Shown here: positions 28,813-35,843 of the stretch, piece after piece
Numbering within the stretch: position 1 is the first letter of the stretch
How the letters are laid out: each line of letters starts with the position of its first letter
Source of the DNA: a virus
Lineage: Duplodnaviria > Caudoviricetes
Length of the DNA: 35,843 nucleotides
Virus record (IMG/VR): IMGVR_UViG_3300025943_000008
Location: 1-35,843 of that record
Direction: 5' to 3' (one strand)
Notes under the pieces: generated by a model
The model's input: the letters and a program-made list of their open reading frames with translations, nothing else
Database searches by the model: none
Told to the model about the DNA's origin: nothing
Made by a program: the position numbers and the translations under genes

Positions 28813-29229
28813 TTATTTCCTCCCAATGCCGAGACGTTCCTTGTCTCGTTTCAATTCGGCCTGAAAATCTGCCTCGGTCTGTATCGCGCCACTCAGTTGT
28901 CCTGTTGCCCGTCCGAGTTCAGCATGTCCGCCGGTTGCGGCTGATTCGGCCTGAGCAGCGTTAGACGCTTGCATTTCTTTGATCATGTCCGCGCTAGAAA
29001 CAAGTGCGTCAAGTGCGTCCATTGTTTTTTCGCCTTTAATGACCTTTACAGCCATTACGCCTATCTGGTCCGGATAATTTTTGTTGCCGATAAATGCCGA
29101 GGCTTTATCTGCCATCGCGCGCATATCAGTTTTCCCTTTTTCATAACCCGCCTTTTCTGCGTCTTCAAGTTTTTTGTTGAATTCACTTTTCGCGGCGGGG
29201 TTTTGTGCAAGAAGCTCATCAAGATTCAT
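28813..29229 (-). CDS. Nested in-frame scaffolding protein (Nu3-like, 138 aa)
   Basis: CGGAGGTTGCAAGC-ATG at Met230 (MNLDELLAQNP) after a low-complexity linker. Confidence 0.7.
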   Translation of the reverse strand: MNLDELLAQNPAAKSEFNKKLEDAEKAGYEKGKTDMRAMADKASAFIGNKNYPDQIGVMAVKVIKGEKTMDALDALVSSADMIKEMQASNAAQAESAATGGHAELGRATGQLSGAIQTEADFQAELKRDKERLGIGRK

Positions 29230-29916
29230 GCTTGCAACCTCCGAAATATTTTTTCCCGCGTTGGCGGGGGTTTTGCTTTTATCTGTAATATTTAGCATGG
29301 CTGCGGCCCTTGCTATATCAGTTTTTGCGTTTTCATGCGTTTTCATTTTATCAACTAACGCTGTAAACGATATTTTTGATCTTGCCAAGGCCGAGGTTTT
29401 GTTTTCCTTTTCATCAGTTTTAATTATTTCATCAACAAATCCTGCTTCTTTTATTTCGTCACCGAATAACCATGTCGTGGAGTCCATCATCTCTCGGATT
29501 TCTTTTTTTGATTTACCAGTTTTTTCTACATATTTATCCGCGAGCAAGTCGGCAAGTCCTGCAAGTATTGATGCTTGCTGTTCCATTTCTCTATAATCGC
29601 CCCATGCAAAATTAGAGGGATTATGGATCATAAATACGGCGTTATCTTCCGCCGCCACAAGATCAAACGCTTCGTTAACCGCTTCATAAGTTCCCATCGA
29701 TGCGACAAGGCCCTTGAGCGTTATCATATTTTGTGATTTTGGATTATCTCGTTTGTAATCGCGGAAAATATTGTAAATCTCAAGCCCTTCTTCAACAAAA
29801 CCGCCAGGGGTCGCAAGATGCACGTCAAGATCTTCGCCATTTGTAGGCAATTGCGCTCTTAACCAGTTCGGCGTTAATTCCATTCCGATTGCGCCGCTCA
29901 TCACAATTTTTTTCAT
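28813..29916 (-). CDS. ClpP-type prohead protease with C-terminal scaffold
   Basis: TPGG.V.EG, ASMG (Ser), MIHNP (His), TWL..E..EAGFVD motifs. Confidence 0.92.
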   Translation of the reverse strand: MKKIVMSGAIGMELTPNWLRAQLPTNGEDLDVHLATPGGFVEEGLEIYNIFRDYKRDNPKSQNMITLKGLVASMGTYEAVNEAFDLVAAEDNAVFMIHNPSNFAWGDYREMEQQASILAGLADLLADKYVEKTGKSKKEIREMMDSTTWLFGDEIKEAGFVDEIIKTDEKENKTSALARSKISFTALVDKMKTHENAKTDIARAAAMLNITDKSKTPANAGKNISEVASMNLDELLAQNPAAKSEFNKKLEDAEKAGYEKGKTDMRAMADKASAFIGNKNYPDQIGVMAVKVIKGEKTMDALDALVSSADMIKEMQASNAAQAESAATGGHAELGRATGQLSGAIQTEADFQAELKRDKERLGIGRK

Positions 29917-29927
29917 TCGTCTCCTAT

Positions 29928-29969
29928 AACAAAAAAGCCCGTACCGGAGTTAACCAGTACGGGCTTTTT
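29928..29969 (-). terminator. Strong intrinsic terminator upstream of the protease/capsid genes
   Basis: AAAAAGCCCGTAC-TGG-TTAACT-CCG-GTACGGGCTTTTT-TGTT. Confidence 0.9.
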
Positions 29970-30003
29970 AGAAATCTCAAAATGAGGCTAAAAAGAAATC
30001 CGC
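29959..30003 (-). promoter_or_regulatory. Putative antiterminator hairpin overlapping the terminator 5' arm
   Basis: GCGG[ATTT]CTTTTTAG[C]CTCA-TTT-TGAG[ATTT]CTAAAAAG[C]CCGT. Confidence 0.65.
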
Positions 30004-30144
30004 TTAAAATTCGATACTTTCGGATTTGATTTTTTTAATCGCGCGAATTCCTCCGCAGTTAAATTTCAACATGATTTCGCCGGTATATTTCTCATCAATC
30101 AATTTTTTTATTATTTTCATTATGCGCGAAATATTGTCAATCAT
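30004..30144 (-). CDS. Small basic protein (46 aa, MIDNISRIMKIIKKLIDEKYTGEIMLKFNCGGIRAIKKIKSESIEF), DUF2292/YezD-like from memory; not in the ORF track
   Basis: ATGA overlap with the upstream stop; helix plus YTGEI.L.F..G.I beta-hairpin pattern. Confidence 0.7.
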   Translation of the reverse strand: MIDNISRIMKIIKKLIDEKYTGEIMLKFNCGGIRAIKKIKSESIEF

Positions 30145-30350
30145 TTTTTATAACCTTCGCGACCCTCAAGAAATCCGGCAATTTTGCTGACATCTGATTG
30201 GATATTGCTGATCCCTCGTTTTATCTCGGATATATCATCGCGCGCGTCTTTTGCGTCCTTACATGCGGTATTTGCTTTTCCTTCAAGACGGACCAACCAC
30301 GCAACGGCACCGACCAATACCACCCCTGCGGAAATTGCAGCTTCAATCAT
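30141..30350 (-). CDS. Small membrane protein, one TM plus coiled coil (holin-like candidate)
   Basis: N-terminal hydrophobic helix, heptad segment, basic tail. Confidence 0.6.
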   Translation of the reverse strand: MIEAAISAGVVLVGAVAWLVRLEGKANTACKDAKDARDDISEIKRGISNIQSDVSKIAGFLEGREGYKK

Positions 30351-31068
30351 AATTTGCCCCGCTATTTATTTTTTTATTCCATGGTATCCGCCCTTGTAGT
30401 GCAATAGACATTTTTCTTTTTGATTCTTCGGAATGTTTTTTACCATACATTCCATTATTTTCACCCGACGTCAATTTGCCGTTAAAATTAGGATTTTTTT
30501 CTCCGATCCATTTTTTTTTAGCTTTTAGTTTATCAGATATTATAATTTTTGATGTTTCTGGAAATTTTTTGCCCTTCATGGGAGATCCGCGCCTTAATAT
30601 CGCTTCTCTAAGTTTTATTTTTGTTTCTTCAGAATATATATTTGTTTTGCCCTTGTTCCATGGCACCATGCTTCGGCCATACATCGGATTCTTATTTCCT
30701 GCGCATTTGCCCTTATTTGCTTTTGATATTTTTTCTTTCGCTTTTTCTGATAAACAAAATCCCGACATCCCCTCCCCTCCGTCGGTTGAATTATAACATT
30801 TAGTTATTTTTCTATATTCAGAAATATAAAATTTTTCCAGATTATTTAATTCTTCTCTCGAATAAGCCCGCGCCAATATCTTCCATCCAAAATTATCCCA
30901 TCCATATTTTCTAATAGCATGGTAAAAAAAATGGTTTATGTTTTTCTTAAACGCATCATGTTTGTGCCTTATTTTCCTGTTTTCAAGACTATAAATGGTT
31001 TGGCCTATATAAACATGATTGTTTGTTATATTTTCGGCTTTATAAATAATACCATTGAATTCATTCAT
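30343..31068 (-). CDS. Free-standing GIY-YIG homing endonuclease with NUMOD3-type repeats
   Basis: GIIY...VYIGQT, R...H, LE..YI, YN...GG; repeated SEETK.K / NPMYG / HSEESKRKMS. Confidence 0.93.
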   Translation of the reverse strand: MNEFNGIIYKAENITNNHVYIGQTIYSLENRKIRHKHDAFKKNINHFFYHAIRKYGWDNFGWKILARAYSREELNNLEKFYISEYRKITKCYNSTDGGEGMSGFCLSEKAKEKISKANKGKCAGNKNPMYGRSMVPWNKGKTNIYSEETKIKLREAILRRGSPMKGKKFPETSKIIISDKLKAKKKWIGEKNPNFNGKLTSGENNGMYGKKHSEESKRKMSIALQGRIPWNKKINSGANYD

Positions 31069-32716
31069 CTTGCTTATCTTCTTTGTTTACGTTATCTGAA
31101 TTTTGTTTATTACCCCATCCCCATGGAGGTTGTGGTAACTCTGCATATTGTCTATTCAATTTTGCTCTGTTGGATTTTCCTGAACTTCCGTTGTAATCTC
31201 TTGAAATATCATCTAAGGTTTCTGCACTTAATTCAACGGCCATTTTACTTGCTTGTATCGATTTCAATGGATCAATGTTTGGCATCGGCAAACCGGCCCA
31301 TTCGCAACACAACCACGCCGCGCGGAGTAATGGATCAGACCATCCCGGCGCGGAAATATTTCCGGATGCTATTTCCTCGGACAACCAACATTCATACGTC
31401 GGATCGAGGAAATCGGATGACATTTCATTGCGCCAGTATTGCGCAACACGCCAAAATAATATCATGGTTGCGCGTGATGCCGAATAATTCTGGCTGAATT
31501 TCATGAGCAACATTTCGACCGGCATGTTTACGGACGCACAAAGATATGAGCAAAACGCATTTACGAACGCTTCATATTGCGCAGACGGTGAGGTGTCCTG
31601 TAAATATTTTAACTGATCACCTTCACGCAGGTTAAAAATACCCACGCCCGGCGCGGTCATAGTCGCTTCCGGATGCGCTTCATAATTGACGCGGGGCTCT
31701 GTGTCAACCGTGGCCTCGGTCGTTAATATGTCCTCGGCGCCGGTTCCGTATGTCATCTCGGGCGGACCGGCGGCGCGGCCTTGCATCGGATTTGACGGGT
31801 CTTTCTGTGGATTTTCCACCGCCATCACATACGACGCCTGAATTATCGCTTTTTGTATTGTTGCCTGTTTAAAATTTGTGATTTCCTCAAATTCGTGGAG
31901 CGCGTGAGACAATCTCGGATATCCACGACCCTGTCCCGCATATTCAATCGTATGTCCGTGGATCATAAAAATTCGTCCGGATTTTTCTCCGCGCGCGGGG
32001 ATTGTAGAATCAGTCATCTTTCCGGTTGCCGGGTCGGTATTCCAAACTTTATACCCAACCTCGCGACCATTTGAATCCCGGATTATACCGTCATCGCAAC
32101 CGTATTGCATATATGTTGTCGTGTAATCGTATCCCCTGATTTGATTTGGATCGATAAATTCGATTTGGAGCGGATTAAACTGATCTTTGTCGCGGCCATA
32201 ATAAAATCTGACAAAAACGTCGTTATCGCGTTGCTGGAAAAATTCGTATAAATGCTGGTTTTGATAAAAATTATTTTGCCGGTTCCTCGCTGATTTTTTG
32301 GATGATGCCCATAAATGGAATCGTTGTGCCACATTATCCGCCCATGTTTCCGCCTCTTCAAGCGTCATTCCGATCACATCGGCAACCGGGGTCGGTTTGA
32401 GTTTGAGACCCGTATCAACCACCGTGTCGGTAAATCGCTCAACAATCCCGCGCGCGACGGAGCTGTCATACATGGCATCGCGTACATTTTGGCGCAATCT
32501 GAAATGGTCATGAATATTCACCAAGCGCGATGCCGATAATCCAGCGGGAAATTTTGCACCAGACCCATATGTTGCGTGACTTTGTGCGAAGCCGTTGCCT
32601 GATCCTATCGCCATAGTGATAACCGTTTTGCGCGGTGCCGGTCCGTTTACGATATAACTGCCAACCCGCGCGGCGATTTTACCGAGGTTAGATTTTATTG
32701 ACCGAATGTTTGGCAA
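31061..32716 (-). CDS. Portal protein (lambda family)
   Basis: VVDTGL, GQGRGYP and NYSASR motifs; TTG start after GGAG. Confidence 0.92.
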   Translation of the reverse strand: MPNIRSIKSNLGKIAARVGSYIVNGPAPRKTVITMAIGSGNGFAQSHATYGSGAKFPAGLSASRLVNIHDHFRLRQNVRDAMYDSSVARGIVERFTDTVVDTGLKLKPTPVADVIGMTLEEAETWADNVAQRFHLWASSKKSARNRQNNFYQNQHLYEFFQQRDNDVFVRFYYGRDKDQFNPLQIEFIDPNQIRGYDYTTTYMQYGCDDGIIRDSNGREVGYKVWNTDPATGKMTDSTIPARGEKSGRIFMIHGHTIEYAGQGRGYPRLSHALHEFEEITNFKQATIQKAIIQASYVMAVENPQKDPSNPMQGRAAGPPEMTYGTGAEDILTTEATVDTEPRVNYEAHPEATMTAPGVGIFNLREGDQLKYLQDTSPSAQYEAFVNAFCSYLCASVNMPVEMLLMKFSQNYSASRATMILFWRVAQYWRNEMSSDFLDPTYECWLSEEIASGNISAPGWSDPLLRAAWLCCEWAGLPMPNIDPLKSIQASKMAVELSAETLDDISRDYNGSSGKSNRAKLNRQYAELPQPPWGWGNKQNSDNVNKEDKQDE

Positions 32717-32991
32717 GGCGTTTTTCTCCGGAGTTTTAACGATATATGTCCCATGTTGTATAATTCGTTGATGAGGTGCGCTTCCGTGGCCTCAAGCCGT
32801 TTAATTTGGTCAAACATCGAATCCAATTGACGCCGGGTAACTCGTTGCGCACCCTCACCAGAATCGATAGAATATGTATCAACACCGGTTGCTGTCGCTG
32901 ACGTATAGGTCGTCCACATCGCGGTTAATGCGGTCTGTACTCGCGTGAGTTGTTGCTGTAATCTTGTTTTTCTGGCGCTTGCGTAGGACAT
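32695..32991 (-). CDS. Head completion protein (gpW-like)
   Basis: Between TerL and portal; helix, YSIDSG..VTR hairpin, helix. Confidence 0.7.
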   Translation of the reverse strand: MSYASARKTRLQQQLTRVQTALTAMWTTYTSATATGVDTYSIDSGEGAQRVTRRQLDSMFDQIKRLEATEAHLINELYNMGHISLKLRRKTPCQTFGQ

Positions 32992-33036
32992 AAGTTTTTA
33001 ACGCACCCCCCCTGTTAAAAGTCAAGCGTTTTTATA

Positions 33037-35034
33037 TTATGGTTGTGCCGGTTTTACCCTCACCGCCGTTTTTGCAATCATATCGTCGATCACGGTTCGG
33101 TGAGTTATTTTTTGCACCTCAGAAACAGACGCCCCCCGTTGTTTGGCGTAAAGGCGAAAATCTGTAAGCAATCCATCAAGAAAAACATCAGCCGCACACA
33201 AACACCCGACGCGGCAGTCAAGAGCTTCGTTTCTCCGCCCATGAGCCTCATACGATCCATCGGCCATTTTTTCCTCTGCGGTAAGCATATCGAAATAATG
33301 CTCGCCATAATCGGCGGGAAAATCGCAAAATCCTGGTGATTGTTCACCCCCCACATTCCGAGATATTTTTAAATTGTTATAAACCTGATTTTTGTAGTAC
33401 ACCGTTGAAATTTCATACAGCAAAATATCTTCCGACATTTTTGCCGGGCGATACCGCTTGAATGTCGAGTCTGTCAACTCATCAGCTTTTTCATTTTTTC
33501 GCCTTTGAATAGATCGACGCCCTTTTGTGGGAAACGTATTTACCCACCGTTGCGAAAATCGATATATAACGTCCGTGTTTTCGCCATCGCCTGAATCGAT
33601 AAACACTATGCTCACCGGAAATTTAAAACCGTCTTTCACGCGGGTAAAGGTTAATTTATTAACCATCGCCCACTGGTGCAACTCCTCCCATGCTCCACCA
33701 TACGGGTTTTCAATTTCACCCTCAATTTGTTTGTACAATATCGACCATGTTTTATATCCAGCGCCAATACCCAAAACTTCAAACTCAATGCGCGATGGAT
33801 TTTCAAGATCCATTTTACTCCCGCGCTGAACATCTGCGAACATAGTGAGATATAAAACACCCTCCGGCACTTCCCCCGATCGATATTGACCACGGTTCTC
33901 ATATATTTTTTCCGATTTTGGTCTAATCCCTGAATCTATAAATGGCATCCCGTCTTGATGGTTTGTAAATGTCCGCATACCGTCGGGGGTTCGTTGCGCA
34001 GAGCAAAAACTGTTCCAGTAGTCTCGCCATGAATACATTCCGATCGGCGACAATAGCGAATTGATATGAAATGACCGCCGTAAATATTCCGGCTTTGTCA
34101 TCGCCTCCCACTTTCCGCCGCGTATCATATCGTTTTTCTGGTGCTCAAATATTGCGTCATGGCAAAAATCGCAAAGATAATATATGTATTGTATCTCGCC
34201 CGCCACTTTTTCGGCTCGTAACCCATGAGATCCTTTTTCTGATCCGCGATCCAGTAATTGCAATTTACCACATAACGGACATGGCACAAGATATTCGCAT
34301 TGATCGCCGAGCATGAACCGACGATATATCGTTGATGTCTGCACTTCCGTCGGCGTGGAGCATGCTAATATTTTGCGCCGGTTACCCCATCCCTTAGTTC
34401 GCGCTTCTGCGTTTTCATCCCAATATCCCTCTCCTGTGGTAAGTAGCGGCGGAGCTGCGTCGACTTCATCTAACATCAAAATCCGGATTGAATCCGACCT
34501 CTGTGATGACGGCGATTGCGCAGACGCCATTTCCAAAAATCCACCGCTGAATAATTTTTGTCCTGACGTGTCACCGGTTCGACGTGATTTTTCGTTTTCA
34601 ACAGGTGAAATAAATTTTGATCGTAATCCGAGTGAATCGATAAGGGGTTCGAGGCGTTTGCTTGACCATTTACGTAAGAGCGCATCGGTACCAGACATAA
34701 ATAACATTGGTGCCGGACTTGCCCCGATATAATACCCGATCGTATTTTCCATGAGCGAGGTTTTCACAACCTGTGACGCAGACATAACATCAACGTGTTG
34801 TGTCGGGTTCCACGGTGAAAGACAGTCCATAATTTCAACCGCGTATTGTGTACGCCAATTTTTCCATGGACCGGGGATTGGTGTATTGTTTGGCATCACG
34901 CGGCGATTTTCTATGTATTCAGAAATATAGCGGGGAGGCCTATTTATTGGTTTATCGTCGTTGATATGTAATAGGTATTGGGCGTCAATATTTAATTCGA
35001 GGTTATTCAATTCGAAATTATTTAATTCAGACAT
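33037..35034 (-). CDS. terL: Terminase large subunit (GpA family)
   Basis: PGPW..RT.Y, SQVVKT, LDEVD, STPT, CPLC/CDFC, DVQ, FIDSG and NEALDC motifs. Confidence 0.95.
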   Translation of the reverse strand: MSELNNFELNNLELNIDAQYLLHINDDKPINRPPRYISEYIENRRVMPNNTPIPGPWKNWRTQYAVEIMDCLSPWNPTQHVDVMSASQVVKTSLMENTIGYYIGASPAPMLFMSGTDALLRKWSSKRLEPLIDSLGLRSKFISPVENEKSRRTGDTSGQKLFSGGFLEMASAQSPSSQRSDSIRILMLDEVDAAPPLLTTGEGYWDENAEARTKGWGNRRKILACSTPTEVQTSTIYRRFMLGDQCEYLVPCPLCGKLQLLDRGSEKGSHGLRAEKVAGEIQYIYYLCDFCHDAIFEHQKNDMIRGGKWEAMTKPEYLRRSFHINSLLSPIGMYSWRDYWNSFCSAQRTPDGMRTFTNHQDGMPFIDSGIRPKSEKIYENRGQYRSGEVPEGVLYLTMFADVQRGSKMDLENPSRIEFEVLGIGAGYKTWSILYKQIEGEIENPYGGAWEELHQWAMVNKLTFTRVKDGFKFPVSIVFIDSGDGENTDVIYRFSQRWVNTFPTKGRRSIQRRKNEKADELTDSTFKRYRPAKMSEDILLYEISTVYYKNQVYNNLKISRNVGGEQSPGFCDFPADYGEHYFDMLTAEEKMADGSYEAHGRRNEALDCRVGCLCAADVFLDGLLTDFRLYAKQRGASVSEVQKITHRTVIDDMIAKTAVRVKPAQP

Positions 35035-35740
35035 CTATCGGCTCCGCACCTATTGATTTTATAAATCGATCAATCTCAATTTTCACATGTGAAAGCACGG
35101 ACCACAATTCATCATCAATCGCTTTCTCCGCTTCCAATAAAACTTTTTCGTCGGTACATTTAAAAATTTTTGCAAGTTCTGGTATGGCTCTAATTTTTAC
35201 CGACATGAATTCGTTCATATCAATTTCATATAGTTTCCCGCAAAACATTCTAAGCATTTTCCGTGCAATTAATTCCCGTCGGTCATGTCTGCGTTTCTGT
35301 GATATTGATTTCACCTGTTCGTACAGTTTTATTTTTTCAACCCACGCCTTCGGGAGTGACAAAATCATTTGTGCGGTAAGCTGATTCTTTTCGAGTTTTT
35401 CTATTATTTCCGGAGGGATGACGGGGTCATTATTTTTGCCGCGTTTTGGTTCATCAAATACGACGGGGTCTTTAATCTCTGATTTTTTTTGCGCGGTAAC
35501 TTTGCCCGACTTTGATTTTTGGGCTGGTTTTTGTTCCGCAACTTTGACCGGTTTATCCTCTGATCGGGATCGCGCGTTATTCTCGTATTCGATGACTGCC
35601 GGGTCTGCAAGATCCACCTGTTTCACGCCACCGATCATTACGGTGGGAAATACCCCGTCTTTCTCGGATAAATATATCATCTGCCTGGATCGGCCTATAC
35701 GTTGCGCAAACGCTGCAAGGGTTAGATATTGTTGTGTCAT
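35027..35740 (-). CDS. terS: Terminase small subunit (Nu1-like, N-terminal HTH)
   Basis: LTLAAFAQRIGRSRQ HTH, Lys-rich linker, ELI motif and helical C-terminus; directly upstream of TerL. Confidence 0.75.
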   Translation of the reverse strand: MTQQYLTLAAFAQRIGRSRQMIYLSEKDGVFPTVMIGGVKQVDLADPAVIEYENNARSRSEDKPVKVAEQKPAQKSKSGKVTAQKKSEIKDPVVFDEPKRGKNNDPVIPPEIIEKLEKNQLTAQMILSLPKAWVEKIKLYEQVKSISQKRRHDRRELIARKMLRMFCGKLYEIDMNEFMSVKIRAIPELAKIFKCTDEKVLLEAEKAIDDELWSVLSHVKIEIDRFIKSIGAEPIDV

Positions 35741-35756
35741 ATTGCGGGGTTTACGG

Positions 35757-35806
35757 TGTCAAATGATGTCTGTCAAGCACAAAACCACTTGACAAGCCGT
35801 TTGACA
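35757..35806. repeat. Four TTGACA boxes in a nested inverted arrangement upstream of terS
   Basis: TGTCAA at 35757-62 and 35771-76; TTGACA at 35789-94 and 35801-06. Confidence 0.85.
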
Positions 35807-35843
35807 GGTCCGGCACGTGGGAAAGATCGGGAGTCGCGTTTTG

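Larger units (their letters stand above)
1..35843. mobile_element. Tailed dsDNA phage/prophage (myovirus-type; lambda-like head, Mu-like tail), near-complete but partial
   Basis: Ordered terminase-portal-protease-capsid-sheath-tube-TMP-baseplate-fibre genes on the - strand and replication/methylation genes on the + strand. No host housekeeping genes, integrase or att site seen. Confidence 0.97.

Noticed and set aside
30112-30140. TTGACA at 30140-30135 as the promoter for the capsid genes
   Set aside because: It lies in codons 2-4 of the 46-aa ORF, has a poor -10 at 17 bp, and is upstream of the terminator anyway.
30343-31068. Group I intron around the GIY-YIG gene
   Set aside because: The ORF overlaps intact neighbours on both sides, and the portal appears complete.
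406-35792. Numerous 60-190 aa antisense or alternate-frame ORFs in the track (e.g. 768-1202, 21517-22050, 30919-31497)
   Set aside because: They are shadows of well-supported genes, with no SD or recognisable motifs.
1-35843. Stop-codon reassignment
   Set aside because: Genes are full length and tightly packed under the standard code, and TAA, TAG and TGA all serve as stops.
1-35843. Apparent abundance of CGCG and GATC as MTase target signature
   Set aside because: Visual impression only; needs Markov-corrected k-mer counts, which I cannot run.

Overview
The window is most of a tailed dsDNA phage or prophage genome with a contractile tail. It starts mid-operon and ends just upstream of the small terminase. 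No integrase, repressor, tRNA, rRNA or CRISPR array is visible. The + strand arm (1-11.1 kb) carries replication and DNA-modification genes: HD hydrolase, SSB-like protein, membrane-anchored lytic transglycosylase, Zn/TOPRIM/P-loop primase-helicase, SF2 and SNF2-like helicases, an amino-MTase, a C5-MTase, an NDT-like protein and a metallophosphoesterase. A small accessory block (11.1-13.6 kb) has its own promoters and terminators and includes a PGD-repeat lipoprotein. The - strand arm (13.6-35.8 kb) joins a lambda-like head module (GpA terminase, portal, ClpP protease with nested scaffold, decoration protein, gpE capsid) to a Mu-like tail and baseplate. The four most notable observations are: (1) an unannotated 46-aa ORF followed directly by a pseudo-symmetric antiterminator hairpin that competes with a strong terminator gating the capsid and tail genes, a candidate small-protein/RNA switch; (2) a long GC-rich hairpin encoded in frame in the primase-helicase linker; (3) a glycosyltransferase placed between the tail tube and tail chaperone; (4) several SD-less starts 28-30 nt downstream of TTGAC(A/T) boxes. 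All family calls come from motifs and gene order read by eye, with no database search.
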